This document shows positions 1-13,520 of a DNA stretch of 64,000 bases, in pieces. How positions within the stretch are numbered: position 1 is the first letter of the stretch; each line of letters starts with the position of its first letter. The position numbers and the translations under genes are program-made. Under the pieces are notes generated by a model that worked only from the letters and a program-made list of their open reading frames with translations, had not been told where the DNA came from and made no database searches. The DNA comes from Lama glama (lineage: Eukaryota). Where the stretch lies: contig CM052817.1 of NCBI GenBank assembly GCA_028534125.1, forward strand, positions 58,282,001-58,346,000, read 5' to 3'.

Positions 1-278
1 CCAACTGAAGGGAGCTTGATGGACCTGAATATCAGATTTGAAAGTGGAATTGCTGAACCTTGTCTGGACAAACAACAGTATACAGAAGTTCTTCATGTGG
101 TGAAAGAGGAAAATCAAAGACTGGTGAGATTAGTACTAATGCTGGAACAATAACCTCTTTCCAGAAATGTTCTCAGAGAACATGGACCATGCATGCCCAA
201 GACTCACAGTCAGCAACTGAGCCTTCTGGACACTCCACAGTGCTGAGACAGCACTGAGAGCATTCAAGAGTTGAGGCA

Positions 279-1010
279 CAAAAGGGAACCCTCCTACACT
301 GTTGGTGGGAATGCAGTTTATGCAGCCATTGTGGAAAACAGAATGGAGATTCCTCAAAAGACTAAAAATAGATTTACCATATAACCCAGCAATCCCACTC
401 CTGGGCATATATCCAGAAGGAACCCTAATTCAAAAACACCTGTACACCAATGTTCCTAGCGACACTATTTACAATAGCCAAGACATGGAAACAACCTAAA
501 TGTCCATCAACAGATGACTGGATAAAGAAGATGTGGTATATTTATACAGTGGAATACTACTTAGCCATAAAAATGACAACATAATGCCATTTGCAGCAAC
601 ATGGATGTCCCTGGAGAATGTCTTTCTGAGTGAAGTAAGCCAGAAAGAGAAGAAAAAATAACATATGATATCACTCATACATGGAATCAAAAAAAAAAAA
701 AAGACAAATGAACATATATATAAAAGAGAAACAGACTCACAAACATAGAATACAGACTTGTGGTTGCCGGGGGGAGGGGTGTGGGAAGGGATAAACTGTG
801 AGTTGGAGCTTTGCAGATACTGACTGGTACATATAAAATAGATAAACAAGTTTATACTGTATAGCACAGGGAAATATATTCAATATCTTGTAGTAGCTCA
901 TGGTGAAAAAATACAAAATGAATATATGTATATTCATGTACGACTGAAGAATTATGCTGTACACCAGAAAGTGACACGTTGTAAACTGACTATAACTCAA
1001 TTGAAAAAAA
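279..1010 (+). mobile_element. Young 5'-truncated LINE-1 (ORF2 C-terminus, 3'UTR, poly-A) with 13-bp TSD
   Basis: ORF2 end peptide QPLWKTEWRFLKRLKIDLPYNPAIPLLGIYP; A-tail ending at 1010; TSD AAGAGTTGAGGCA at 266-278 and 1011-1023. Confidence 0.95.
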
Positions 1011-1099
1011 AAGAGTTGAGGCAAATTTCCCAATTGCTCTTAAGCCTTTATTATTATCATTATCATTATCATTATTATTGTTACTACTAATTTAAAGCT

Positions 1100-1870
1100 A
1101 AATAAAATTCATAAATATTGAATCAAGAAATATATTGTAAAGCTACAGAAATTAAAGTTTGATACTGGAGCATGTAGTCAATTAGATGAATGAACAAAAT
1201 AAAAATCAAGTAGCAGATCCAAATATACAGAACATTTCAGTATATAATAAAGGTAGCATTTGTAATCAGTGGGCAAAGATAAATCAGTAAGTAGTTTTGG
1301 ATGTACTGTATCATCTAGAAAAAAAATTGAAGTTGTATCTCTCCTTTGTCACATTTTATACCAAAATTAATTCCACAGAGTAAGCAAAACACAAAGCCAT
1401 AAAAGAGCTGTAAGAAAACACATAAAATTTGTGTTTAAAGATTTGTGTTCTAAAAAAAATTCAATCTCAAGATTGGAGAGATTTTTCTAATTATATCACA
1501 TACTTGAAGAAATAAAATGTAATAAATATGAACACATACAAATAGAACAGAACTCCACTTGTAATAATAACATAGCAAAAAAATAACATCCAGAAAATAC
1601 TAATCAAACTAAAAAAAAAACCCAAGTTTTTCAGTGTTTATGTCCACCTACCATTTGTGGGAATGAAAAAAAAAAGAATATATTTATATATATTATTGAA
1701 TGAAAACAAACAGAGAGGTAGCAATGATTGACTCTGGAGGAAAAATGAATTTCTCTGTGGCAAGAGTAGGAATGAAATACACTTTTCCCTCTCTCTCTAT
1801 ATATATATCCTTTTGCATATTCTGAGTTGGGTGCTATGTCTATATTTTATCTTTAGATAAGAAATTATGC
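1100..1870 (+). mobile_element. Highly degraded old L1M (ORF2/3' fragments)
   Basis: A-rich sequence resembling L1 ORF2 motifs (tattgtaaagctacag…ataaaggtagcattt…aatcagtggg); boundaries approximate. Confidence 0.55.
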
Positions 1871-2756
1871 ATACAAATTACTTAATTGTAATACATGAAA
1901 ATGTTAGTGTGTATCTTGTGACAGATCTGTCCATAAAATGAAACCATTTGGTTTTCATTTATACTTTTTGCTTTTTTATCTTTTTCAGTGGAAAGACCAT
2001 ATTTACTTTATTTTTAAATAACAGTTACAAAATAATAGTTTATGAACAGTGATTCATATTTCTAAATCTAGTTTCTCATTGAAAAATATGGAGATAGTAA
2101 CTGGCAGTAGTAAAAAGAACATTGAATCACTTTCTTCTTCATCTGTAAAATGAGGTAATCTATGCCTTGAGAATTAAGGAAAAGAGTGTTGTTAAGACAC
2201 TTAGTGACATAAAAACTTTCAACATTTATGTGTTTCTTTAATCATATTTAATTTCTTGTGTAGCTTACCACTCCTGCAGAGCCATTTCTGATACTTAACT
2301 AACACCATCTGTGATTGCTTAACAGATACTGATAGCCTCCAATATGCAGACCTATTCTAGGAACTGATGAAATATTAACTGTCATCAGACATCCTGGGAA
2401 GTGATACCAGTGGAGGGTGTTGTGAAAGTAAAGTGGAGGAACATAGATGAGGATGCCTAATTTAGCCATGGGGAGTCAGGAGATACTTCTCTGAGAAGCG
2501 GACTGCTTAAGCTGTATCTTAAACCTGGAGTACAATTTAAAGAAAATAAGGAATGGGATTTACATTAATTTGAGGTTTCAAGTAGCACAGAATATGGTTG
2601 GAATGAAGCAGATACATAGAAATGTGGTGAGAATTGATGAAAATTTATGGGGCCACAAGCACTGTATCTCATGCTAGTCTGAGTTTAAATTTTGAAAAAC
2701 TTAAAAAAAAAAACCCTACATTGTCAGATTTAAAGGTTCAAAGATACTCAGAGAAA

Positions 2757-5710
2757 CTGTCAGTTTAGGCAAGATGGAGTGAACTTATTTTTTTCTTCTC
2801 CTCCCTGCTAAGTATGACTGTAACTTCTAAAGATAATGCAAGAAGTAAGAAGAAGAAAATCCTGAAAGATGGTAAGAAGGAAAATTGGTTTGATATCCTG
2901 GAACTGGAGGAACAGCACAGAGAAATGGCATCTTCAGTCTCTCACACAATAGCAAGATGTTATCCAGACCCAAATTTTCATAGATCCAAACCTTGCAACA
3001 GGAAGCAACCCAGGTAGATGTATGCCTCCTTTGGATCAAACAAGAGTTCCTACTAAAAACCATGGCAATCTCTGTTTTTCTGTACCACTCCAAGGGAAGC
3101 ACTTTTCTTCTCTGCAGCATGTGAGACTTACCTCTCCAGTGGACAGATACAGTGTAGCCAGGTGGCACCCACCAGAGGGATCCCAGCACATCAGCTGGCC
3201 CAGCTCTAGTAGACTCTGTCCATGCAGGCTTGAGACTTTCTTACCCCACAAAGAAATAAACGTCATGGGCAAGAGAGATCCCGTCAAAACAGTTCTTCCT
3301 TCAGGCTTGAGACCTTTTGTCCCCACCCAGATACATCATGGATGCCCAGAGGAACCTGTGGCAGAGATCCTGACACAACCAGCACACGTCCTGAGAAGTA
3401 CTTTCTGACCCAAATTGACAGGAAGATTCTGCCACAGTAATGTTTGGCTCAGAAAGCCTCTTTGTACCTGCAGGCCTGAGACCTTCCATCAAGACAAGAA
3501 ACACCCAGTGACTGGGCCTAGGAAACATCTTTTGCCTTCTCAAGCACTGCCAGCAAAGACAGAAACACCAAATAACCCAAAAAGATCAAAATAACACTGC
3601 AAATGCTCTGATAATTAAACTGTCATTGAAATCACAGCTCCAAAATGTAAGCAGAGATCTGTGCACTAAACCTAAAGAAGGCAACTTCCTGCTAGAGTGG
3701 AAAGATTTATATTGATTGCAGAGGTTATTTTTTTTTAGCATAGTAAACAAAATACCCAAGATATAATCATAAATCACCCATTATAATAAGAAAAAGAAAG
3801 ATTATGATTTAAATGAGAGAAGACAATCAAGAAATGCCAACATAAGATGTTGGAATTATCTGACCAAGATTTTAAAACAGCCATCATGAAAATGCTAGAA
3901 TATTGTATTATAGTTGTTTTAGAATGGAAATTGTAGAAATGGAAAATACAGTAGCAGAAATTTGTGGACGAAACCCTCCTCACCTCCCAAAAAAACTTGT
4001 TGGATAGGTTCATTACTATAGTGGAGATGGCAGAGGATAGAATTAGTCAACTAGAGACCAGGTCAATAAAGTTTACTTAATCTGAAAAGCAGAGATAAAA
4101 TAAGCTTAAAAAAAAAAGAGAAAGAAAAGTAATAGCCATGGAGACCTGAAGGACAATAACAGAAGATCCAACATTCATATCATTGACATTACAGAAAGAA
4201 AGGAGAAAAAATAGACCTGAAAGAATATTTAAAGAGTTCATGGCTAAAAACTTTTTAAATTTTAGAAAGACGCATATCTACACATCCAAGAAGCTGAAAG
4301 TACCCCAAATATATTAAACTGAAGACATCCAAGAAAAAACAGATCATAAACTCTTGAAAGCAGCTGGAGAAAAGTTATGCATTATTTATAGGGAAACACC
4401 TATTAGAATGACAGCAAACTTTTCATCTGAAACCACTGAGGCCAGAAGAAAGTATCACATCATTTTTCAAGTGCCAATAAACAAAAACGGCTGCAAATTT
4501 TATATCTGATGAAAGTGATCTTCAGGAATGATGGGGAAATAAACATTCTGAGATGAAAGAAAACTAAAGGAATTTGTCACTAATAAACCTAGTCTTCAAA
4601 ATTTGCTAAGTGAACTTTTTCAAATACTAACGAAAGGGTTAAAGGAAGAATATTGAAATATCGGAAAGGAAGAAGGAACAACAGAAAGAACAGAGATATA
4701 AATGTGTTATTATATATGATTATTGTTGACTATCCTTTTCTTCATGAGTTTTGCACATTACATTTGATAACTGAAAACAGAAAAATTTCCACCATCTAAT
4801 ACTTAAGACAATTATATTTAAAAGTAAGGATGGTAAAGGGACCTAAATAGAATTGAGATTTCTATATTTCACTTGAAGCATTAATAAAACATTAATACCA
4901 ATAGATGTATTGAGTCACATGTGTATACTGTAATACCCAAAGCAACCATTTCAGAAATTACACAAAAAGATATGCTCAAAAACACTATAAAAAGATGTAA
5001 TCATAAAAAATGTTTAAGTGGCTCACAGGGAAACAAAAAATGAGAAACAGAGGTATAAGTAATTAAAGAAACAAACAGAAAACAAATAATGAAGTGGCAG
5101 ATTTAAACCCTAATATATCAATAATTACTTTAAGTATAAATGGTCTGAATACATCAGTTAATGACAGCAATTGACAGAATGCATAAAAAACGTGACCAAA
5201 GTACATGCTATCTACAAGAAACTCATTTCGAACATAATACCATAAGTAGGTTGAAAGTAAAAGCATAGATAAAGATATACCCAAACATTAATGTAAAAAA
5301 TTAGGAAAGGCTATATTAATATCTCATAAAATTGACTCCAGAACAAAGAAAATTAGTAGAGAAAAAGAGGAATATCACTTATCATAAAAACAATTTGCCA
5401 GGAAGACTTAATCCTCAACAGTAGAGCCTTGATGCACATGAGACAAAACTGATACAACAGAAAGGAGAAATGGGAAAATCCATTACATTTTGGAACTTCA
5501 GCACCATTCTTACAAGCAACTGACAGAACTACAACACAGAAAATCAGCAAGGATGTAGAAGATCTGAAAAACACAGTCAACCAACAAGTTTTATTTAATA
5601 TTTATAGAACATTTAGTTACAACACCAGAATACTTTTTCTTTCCTGAAGTGTTTATGAAACAATCATCAAAATAACAATATCTTGGATCATGTAAGAAAC
5701 CTGAACAAAT
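2757..5710 (+). mobile_element. Old L1M 5'UTR, ORF1 and ORF2 endonuclease start (degenerate)
   Basis: 5' end-like ggcaagatggag at ~2769; ORF1-like remnants at ~4060-4620; ORF2 EN start-like NPNISIITLSINGLNTS at ~5100-5160; many stops and frameshifts. Confidence 0.85.
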
Positions 5711-5889
5711 TAAATATCAATATCCTGATTGTAATATTATAATATAGTTTCAGAAATGTTACTCTTAGGAAGAAATGTTTAATTTACTTGAAATTAGTGT
5801 ATTTAGAGAAAAATTTCTCACCCAATTAGGAAGAAAAATGTGCCTGACATTTAATGCATCAAAATGGAGGGACTTTGATTTCTTTTTGC

Positions 5890-7208
5890 TTAACATCTCT
5901 ATATTCAAAATATAATGCAAAGCCACAGTAATGAGATGGTGTGGTGTTTGCAGAAGAATAGACAGATAGTTTAACTGAACAGAATAGAGAGCCCAGAAAT
6001 AGTCCCATATAAAAACAGTCTACTGATCTTTAATAAAGAAGCAAGGATAATACAATGGAGAAAAGATAATCTTTTCAACAAATCCTATTGGAACAACTTG
6101 GACATACACATGCAAAAAATAAATCTAGACACAGATCTTACCCCCTTCACAAGAATTAACTCAAAATGGATCACACACCTAAACATAAAACACAAATATA
6201 AAACTCCTTGAATTTGTATATTTAAAATCTGGTCAAGAACCTGAGCAGACACTGTATCAAAGAAAATATACAAGTGGCAAGTAAGCATATGGAAAGATGT
6301 TCCACATCATCTTCACCATCAGGGAAATGCAAATCAAAATATTAATGAAATACCTTTACACATCTATTACAGTGCCAAAATCCAGAACACTGACAATATG
6401 AAATGCTAATGAGAATGTGAAGCAACAGGAACTCTCATTCATTGCTGGTGGGAATGCAAAATGGTACAGCCACTTTGGAAGACAGTTTGACAGTTTCTTA
6501 CAAAACTAAACATACTCTTACCATAAAATCTAACAGTCATGCTCCTAGGAAATGAAAACACATAAAAGCCTGTACGTGAATGTTTATAGCAGTTTTATTC
6601 ATAATTGTAAAACTTGGAAGCAACTGAGATGTCTTTTCAGTCAGTGAATAGATAAATAAACTCTAGTACATCCAGACAATGGAATATTACTCAGTGCTAA
6701 AAAGAAGTGAGCTAGCAAGCCATGAAAAGACATAGAGGAAATTTAAACGCATGTCACTAACTGAAAGAAGCCAATATGGAAGGACCATGTACTGTACAAC
6801 TCCAAATATGTGGCATTCCAGAAAAGGCAAAGGTATGGAGACAATGAAAAGATCAGTGTTTGCCAGGATTTGGAGAGAGAAAGGGATTAATAGACAGGGC
6901 ACAGAGGATCTTTAGAGCAGTAAAATTACTCTGTGTGATACTATAATGATGGATACATGTTATACATTTTTCCAAACCCCTGCCCATAGAAATGAACACC
7001 ACCAACAGTGATCCTAATGCAAACTATGGACCTTGGATGATAATGATGTGTCCCTGTAGATTCTGTAAGTGTACTGCTTTCATGAAGGGTGTTGATGATT
7101 GGGGAGGCTCTGCATGTCTAGCAGTTGGGGGTCTATGGGAAACCTCTGTGCCTTCCTTTCAGTGTTGCTGTGAACCTAAAAATGCTCTAAAAATAAAGTC
7201 AAAAAAAT
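5890..7208 (+). mobile_element. L1MC1-like ORF2 end and 3'UTR (probably the same element as 2757-5710, with a large internal deletion)
   Basis: ORF2 3' motifs (gaacagaatagagagcccagaaata; ggtacagccactttggaagacagttt) and L1MC-type 3'UTR ending tgctgtgaacctaaaaatgctctaaaaataaagtc. Confidence 0.85.
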
Positions 7209-8479
7209 ATAATGCAATGTCAACAAAAATACTAATAGTTTATTAGAGAGTTAATATGTTAAACCTCAGCTCTTTATTTGCATGTTTGAAGCTTTCATAT
7301 GATTTTTTTGTATAGAAGATGTAATTCAGCAAATGTGAAAATTAAAAATATGAGATAAAAAGGATAGATATAGGATACTAAGGATATTAACAGTAAAAAA
7401 ATATTATTTTATGGGGAACTCAGAGTGGTGAATCTCAAATTATAGTTTTCAACTGAGAAAAATTTTCACCTTTATACCATTGTTGAAGTTAATAACAGAA
7501 GGTAATAATATAGTCCATGTTTTGGATGTATCAAGGAAATTAAATAAGAAATTTAGTACATAGTTAAATGCATCTTAGGTAGAGTTCCTCTTCAGTTATT
7601 CACTGAAAGATAATATTTTGGATCTATCCTAGTACATTCTATTGATTATAATGATTACAAAAATGAATTTTATTAGATGAATTTTCATAGAACCAGCCTT
7701 CTTTAGTGGTTTTCTTTCAAATGATTCTTGATTTATGAAAGATGTAAAACAAAGGACAACTTATCTTCCAAATCTTCAAATTGATATCTAGTTAAAAGTA
7801 TTAATATCTCTTGTTTGACAGTTCTTGTGCTGGGTGTTTTCATAGACTTTCCCATTCTTTTAAATATTGTAATAACCAAGCAGTGTAAGCCTCCAGAATT
7901 TTTGAATAAACTTTAGATAACTTTCTAGCAGAAAGATTCTACATCTACTAGAAATTTTGCCATATTGCAAGTGTTGGCTTTTCTCATTTTCTTTATTCTT
8001 CCTAGTTAATATTGTTGTTGTTACTTAATCAGAAACAGATTTCTCTCTAAATACAAAACTTTATTTCCCCCCCTTAGCAACCTACATTACTCTCCTTGGT
8101 TTCACCATTTCACGCTTTCTCAACTCATTCATTCAATCTCTTTAACTCTGCTAAAAGGAGAGCCTCAAATAGTTTATTTTTCCAAGACCACATACCCAGT
8201 TAAAGACATACTGACTGAAGACTTCTAGATAAGAATCAGTTCTCATCTATTATATTAACCTGTGTCTATGAGAAAGAAATCCTCTTTTGAAGGACTATAT
8301 GTGCCTATAAATTTTTTCTTTTGGGTATAGGAACATATCATTCCCACTTACTAAATAGATGCATTTCTCAGAAGGATGAAGCTAGAAAATTATAGAGAAA
8401 GAAAGATCATCCAGGCAATAATTTAAGTTAATCAACGTTGTTATCATATTGCAGGCCCAGATTTTTTGTTAATATCTCA

Positions 8480-8680
8480 TAATCTTACAAGTAAGGGCTA
8501 TTAATATCTACATGTAAGCATTATATATAATGAAATATGAGTTATTTTCAGATGAGGAAAGCCAAATTTCAGAGAGGATAATTAACTTGTTGAATTTCTC
8601 ACACACTGATAAGTGGTGAACCTGAGACAAGAAGGTATGGGTTAAGACTCAAGATCCCATCTTCTTTCCACTACTCCATG
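8480..8680 (-). mobile_element. MIR SINE fragment
   Basis: MIR core on the reverse strand (ttttcagatgaggaaagcc…taacttgttgaatttctcacacactgataagtggtgaac). Confidence 0.7.
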
Positions 8681-9504
8681 GCCATGAGATAGAGAATATG
8701 CGCAGATATAATATTCTTTTTAGCCTATAATTATATGTTTTGCAACATTATTGAAAGAAAAATCACCTTGATTCTTGGCATCTGCCCAGATGCTGATTTA
8801 ATATCTCTCATGGTGAAATGTACTAACTTCTGCACTTACTGAACCAATGGGAAAGAAAAGGTTTCCCAGGGCCTTGTGGCTGCCAAAGGGCTGTCGTGAA
8901 TTATTGTAAATATAAATTATCCCCTTGCTAGGATGCAGAGATTACTCTCATGTTAGAAATAGTCAAATGTGAATTGGCTCATTTGGTAGGCATTGGTGAC
9001 AGGTCCATTGTCTTAATTGGCCAACTGCAAATCATTGTATTTTGAAGTTTTAACTGTATTATTTGATTCATTTGACATCATACATCTTTATCAAAAGTAC
9101 ATAATTCATAAGAACACTTCTGTAGTTATACTGGCAAATTTCTCTGTTTCTTTCAATAAGATGAACAGTATGTACAAATTAAAGTATACAGAAGGTAGCA
9201 TATGCATATATTCTGTGTTTGGGCTTTTTAGTATTTGTGTAGCTATACTATTTTATAACTTCCTGTGCTCTAAGATTGATAGTATTTCTTCCATCCCACA
9301 ACTTATATGTAGGTTTGAATTTTCCTTTTAAGAATTAACTATTTATTCATTCACTAATTATTCATGTTAAGAACTAATGGATTTAATGCAGTTGTAATGA
9401 TGCAGTTATTTTAAATTGAGAAATGTTGAAATAGTTGTATTTATAAAATTTGCTGAAGTGGATAATTGTGTGAATTTTATGTGAAAAATTAAGCTCTGTA
9501 GTTT

Positions 9505-9725
9505 TACATTGTAGTGATTAACAGCTAATATTTGGGAATCAAACTACTGTGCCTTAAACATTTATTAGTTTTGTGACTTTGGGCAACAAGTTAAAATAGC
9601 TAAGCCTCAGTTTCTTTATCTACATAATCAGAATTACAATACTACCATCATAGATTTGAAGTGAGGACTGAATGAGATGATCAATTTATAACCTATAGAG
9701 AAATAATAAATTTTAGCTACTATCT
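9505..9725 (+). mobile_element. MIR SINE
   Basis: tgtgactttgggcaa…gcctcagtttctttatctacataat…gtgaggactgaatgagatga. Confidence 0.75.
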
Positions 9726-10734
9726 TTGTTTTTGTTGGATTTGAATATTATTAATTGATCTATTTATCCAACACAGATACCATATAAGTCTATACGATAA
9801 ATATATTTTTTTTCATTTCTTTAATAATTTCTTGATGTATTTTAGAAGAGAAGCTAAATGGTGTGTAATCTGCCAAACAAAATAAATAAATCTATGGTAT
9901 TAACTCTGTAACTTACAGGGATTTTCTATATTACAAGATTTTGAAATTTTAGGGAATTTAAGGCAGAAATAAAGTGAACTTGTCTAAGTAAGTTCGTATA
10001 GAAATTGACCTGCAGAAAACATTCTGATCAGTCAATTCCATTTGGAAGATTAAAGTAGGTTATAAAATTACTTTTTAAGGGCCTAGTGAAAATGATGATG
10101 TCTACTCTTCTCAAATCAATAGTGAATGATGAGAAAACTTATTTATTCTTTTGCCTTTTTGTCATCCAAACTTTATTCTGTTGCAGAATAAGTTTATTCA
10201 ATTGTAGAATTTCAGTGCTACATTGAAAACAAATATATAAAATATTACTTAATAATCACCTCTGAGATAATTTTTGAAAAGTAGTTTATGTATTCTTATA
10301 TAGTTCCCCATATTAGGTGTAGGAAGGAACTTCGAACTATCAAAGGAACTTGGTTTCAGTATTCTGTAACTGTTAATTTTATTATGGTCCACTTGATGGC
10401 AGTATAGCACTTGGGAAAGACACAATCTTGGGTGAATTTTATGCTTGGTTTCTTGTGTAGTAATAGTATAAAGTTAAGACTTTTGACTGAAATGTAAATT
10501 ACAACTTATTTTCTGCTAATAGTTATAATCCAGAAGTGTTTTGTGAAGGAACCAAACTTGAACATAGTAGAACTGTGACACGTCAGAGAAGAGGTACTCC
10601 TGAGAAAAGATGAAACTGAGGTTTTCTAGGATTTAAAATTCATGGCTCTGAAAGATTTTTAGCTTTTATCATTCTTTTTTTTTTTTAGAAAAAATAATAG
10701 CTGAATTAAATATCTAAAATATGTATAAAATATC

Positions 10735-11822
10735 TTTTTATTTAAAATTTTTTCTTCCAGTTGTATTGAGATATAATCAGCATACAGCACTGTATAAGTT
10801 TAAGCATAATGACCTAACTTACATACAGCATGCAGTGATTACCTCAGTAAGTTTAGTGACATCCATAAACTCATATAGATACAAAAGAAAGAAAAAATAA
10901 TTTCCCCTTGTAATGTGAACACTTAACTGTCTTAACAACTTTCTTATATAACATACAACAGTGTTTGAAGAGACACATGCACCCCAGCATTCTTAGCAGC
11001 ACTATTTATAGTAGGCAAGACATGGCAGCACAAGTAGATTTGAAAAGTAATCCATTTTCATTATTTAAAAAATTCAAATAGGGCATACATGGAAAAAACT
11101 AAAACTCCCCCTGGAACACTCCACCTGCATTCTCAAGGAAGGGATAACTGTTAGGGGTAATTGTCCATCAACCATGATTGGATTAAGATGATGTGGTATA
11201 TATGCACAGTGGAGTATTACTCAGCCATAAAAAAGAATGAAATACTGCCACTTGCAGCAGTGTGGATGTACCTAGAGACTATTATGCTTAGTGAAATAAG
11301 ACAGAGAAAGACAAATAGTATATGATATTACTTATATGTGGAATCTAAAAATAATACAAATGAATGTATATACAAAACAAAAACAGACTCACAGATATAG
11401 AAAACAAACTTGTGGTTATCAAAGGGAGAGGGAAGAGGGAGGAACAAATTAGGGGTATGGGAGTATATGAGAGTAACAGATACAGACTACTAAATAGGAA
11501 ATAGATAAGCAACATGAAAATACTGTACAGCACAGAGAATTATACTCTTTATCTTGTAATAGAATATAATCTGCAAAAATACTGAATCACTATGCTATAC
11601 ACCTGAGATTAATATAATATCATAAATCAATTATATTTCAATTAATAAAAAAGCAGTGTTAATTATATTAATAATATTGTACATTATATCCCTAGTACTT
11701 ATTTATCTTATAACTGAAATTGTATACTTCGGACCACCTTTATCCCCATACAAAGATATTAGATTCTCCACATGGTACATTTCATCCCATGACTCATTTA
11801 TTTTGTAACTGCAAATTTGTAG
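10735..11822 (-). mobile_element. Older L1 3' end (L1MA9-like), split by a younger L1 insertion
   Basis: T-rich tail plus L1 3'UTR at 10735-10965, resuming at 11654 (cagtgttaattata…tacattatatccctagtacttatttatcttataactg). Confidence 0.8.
10966..11652 (+). mobile_element. 5'-truncated cetartiodactyl-type L1 3' end nested in an older L1
   Basis: ORF2 end and 3'UTR motifs, A-tail at ~11645-11652, short TSD cagtgtt at 10959-10965 and 11654-11660. Confidence 0.85.
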
Positions 11823-12298
11823 CACCTAAGCATTCGTCATTCTTAATGGTATTTTCACTTTCGCTAGAAAAAGGTAACCAGGGACTGCGTTAAAAAAAGA
11901 ATGTTGATTCATTGGTTGAGGTCAAGTAATAAGCTTAAGTTTTGAAGAATCCTAGTGTTTGTCACAAAAAGAATTGATCACTAATGGCTGGATATATGTT
12001 TCTACTTTTGTTTGACTGGTCTTATTTAGCAGGCCAGTTCCTTCACTAGCAATGAAGAGTAAAAGGTCATTTTCTGCTTCTCAACTTCTAAAGCTTTATT
12101 GAAAATAAGTCTCTAATAATGATACTGAAAATATTTTTATCAGAAAGGGAGAAAATTACCTTGTCCTTACCATCAAAACTATTACTTCAATGATTAAATC
12201 AACCTTCTATAAAGTACTTAAAAAATATGGAGTCCTTGGGAATCATCTGATTTTGAAACCTAATCAATAGAACCTTGCTGAGATATCTCAGTTCTTAG

Positions 12299-12380
12299 CT
12301 GAAGCTTAATTGTAAGTAAGCAACAAGAAAAAAAAAATGAACTGAAGCTTAATTGTAAGTATGCAACAAGGAAAAAAAAA
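12299..12380. repeat. Direct tandem duplication, period 43 bp
   Basis: ctgaagcttaattgtaagta(a/t)gcaacaag followed by an A-run, at 12299 and 12342. Confidence 0.9.
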
Positions 12381-12609
12381 CCAAAACTCTCAAAACTTTT
12401 TGTAAAATAACATTTTGACGAAAGATGTTTGAAAATGAGTGTAAATAATACAATATGTCAGATAGTCACCTCAATATGATAATCTTTTTGTTTGTTTTCT
12501 GAACATTTGGTTTACTTTTACATATTTAAATTACCTCAACTTAGGTTTTAGTTTTAAAATAAAACATTTTAGTTTTAGATAAAAAAAGCAAAGATATGTA
12601 CTCCGTGTG

Positions 12610-12800
12610 GTCGAAGTGCTTTTGTCTAGAGTCAAGTCACTCTCTACCACCACTAACTAGCTGTAAGGATTTGGCCAGATTACTTAATCACATTTTTCTC
12701 ACCTAAAATTTGAAATTATTTATGTTACTTGTTAATACATAAAAGTTCTTACAAACAATTCCTGGTACCAAATAATTTTCAATAAATGTTACTAATTTTA
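12610..12800 (+). mobile_element. MIR SINE fragment
   Basis: ctaccaccactaactagctgtaaggatttggccagattacttaatc…caataaatgttacta. Confidence 0.65.
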
Positions 12801-13129
12801 TTTTTTCTAATAATAATTTGAAAATAATGTATTCAGTACTTGAGAAATAGTTGTGGACTAGTACATTTAAAAATAGATCTTAAATTTTAGTAGGAAAAGA
12901 AGTTAAATTGATATTTTATGTTGATTTTTATTGCCTAATTTATCATAATATAATGTGAGTTATATTATTAAAATAAAGGATAGTTGATGTTTTAGGCAGA
13001 AAATTAATTTGAAGGAGAAACAAATTTGAAGTTTTTATAATAGTAAAGATAAAATTTTAGTAGAATGTCTATAATTTCAATTGTGTTGGAAACATGACAG
13101 AGGCATGGTTGAGATGGAGATTGTAAATA

Positions 13130-13520
13130 CTTAATTAAAAATAATAATCAACAAATATTTATTGATTACCTCAAAGGCACTTAGGTCATCATAGAAGATG
13201 CCAGGAATTATAAATGATCACTTCATCCATTAAACACTCAAAAAAATTTGGAGCTATATCTGTAAAATTCATTAAAAGATAGTTGAATAACATGTGGTGA
13301 CAGTAATTTGGTCACATGACACATGTGTTCAATTGCCCAATGAGCATTATAAGGCAAGATGCATTATGAATTCAGAGAGAAGACACAACATGCCTGAATA
13401 CTGCTGAGAAGGATTAACGGAAGAGATTATATTTTAATTGAGCCTTGAATAGTAAGTAAGATTTGGATTGCAGTAACAGAAGGAAGACCATCCAGGGAGA
13501 GGAAATGGTGTAAACAATCA
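13130..13520. mobile_element. L2 LINE 3' fragment
   Basis: tcaacaaatatttattgattacc…ttgagccttgaatag…tccagggagaggaaatggtgtaaacaa resembles L2 3' sequence. Confidence 0.55.

Noticed and set aside
2814..3543. Cluster of overlapping 67-128 aa ORFs
   Set aside because: It lies in the GC-richer 5'UTR of an old L1 and has no recognisable protein similarity.
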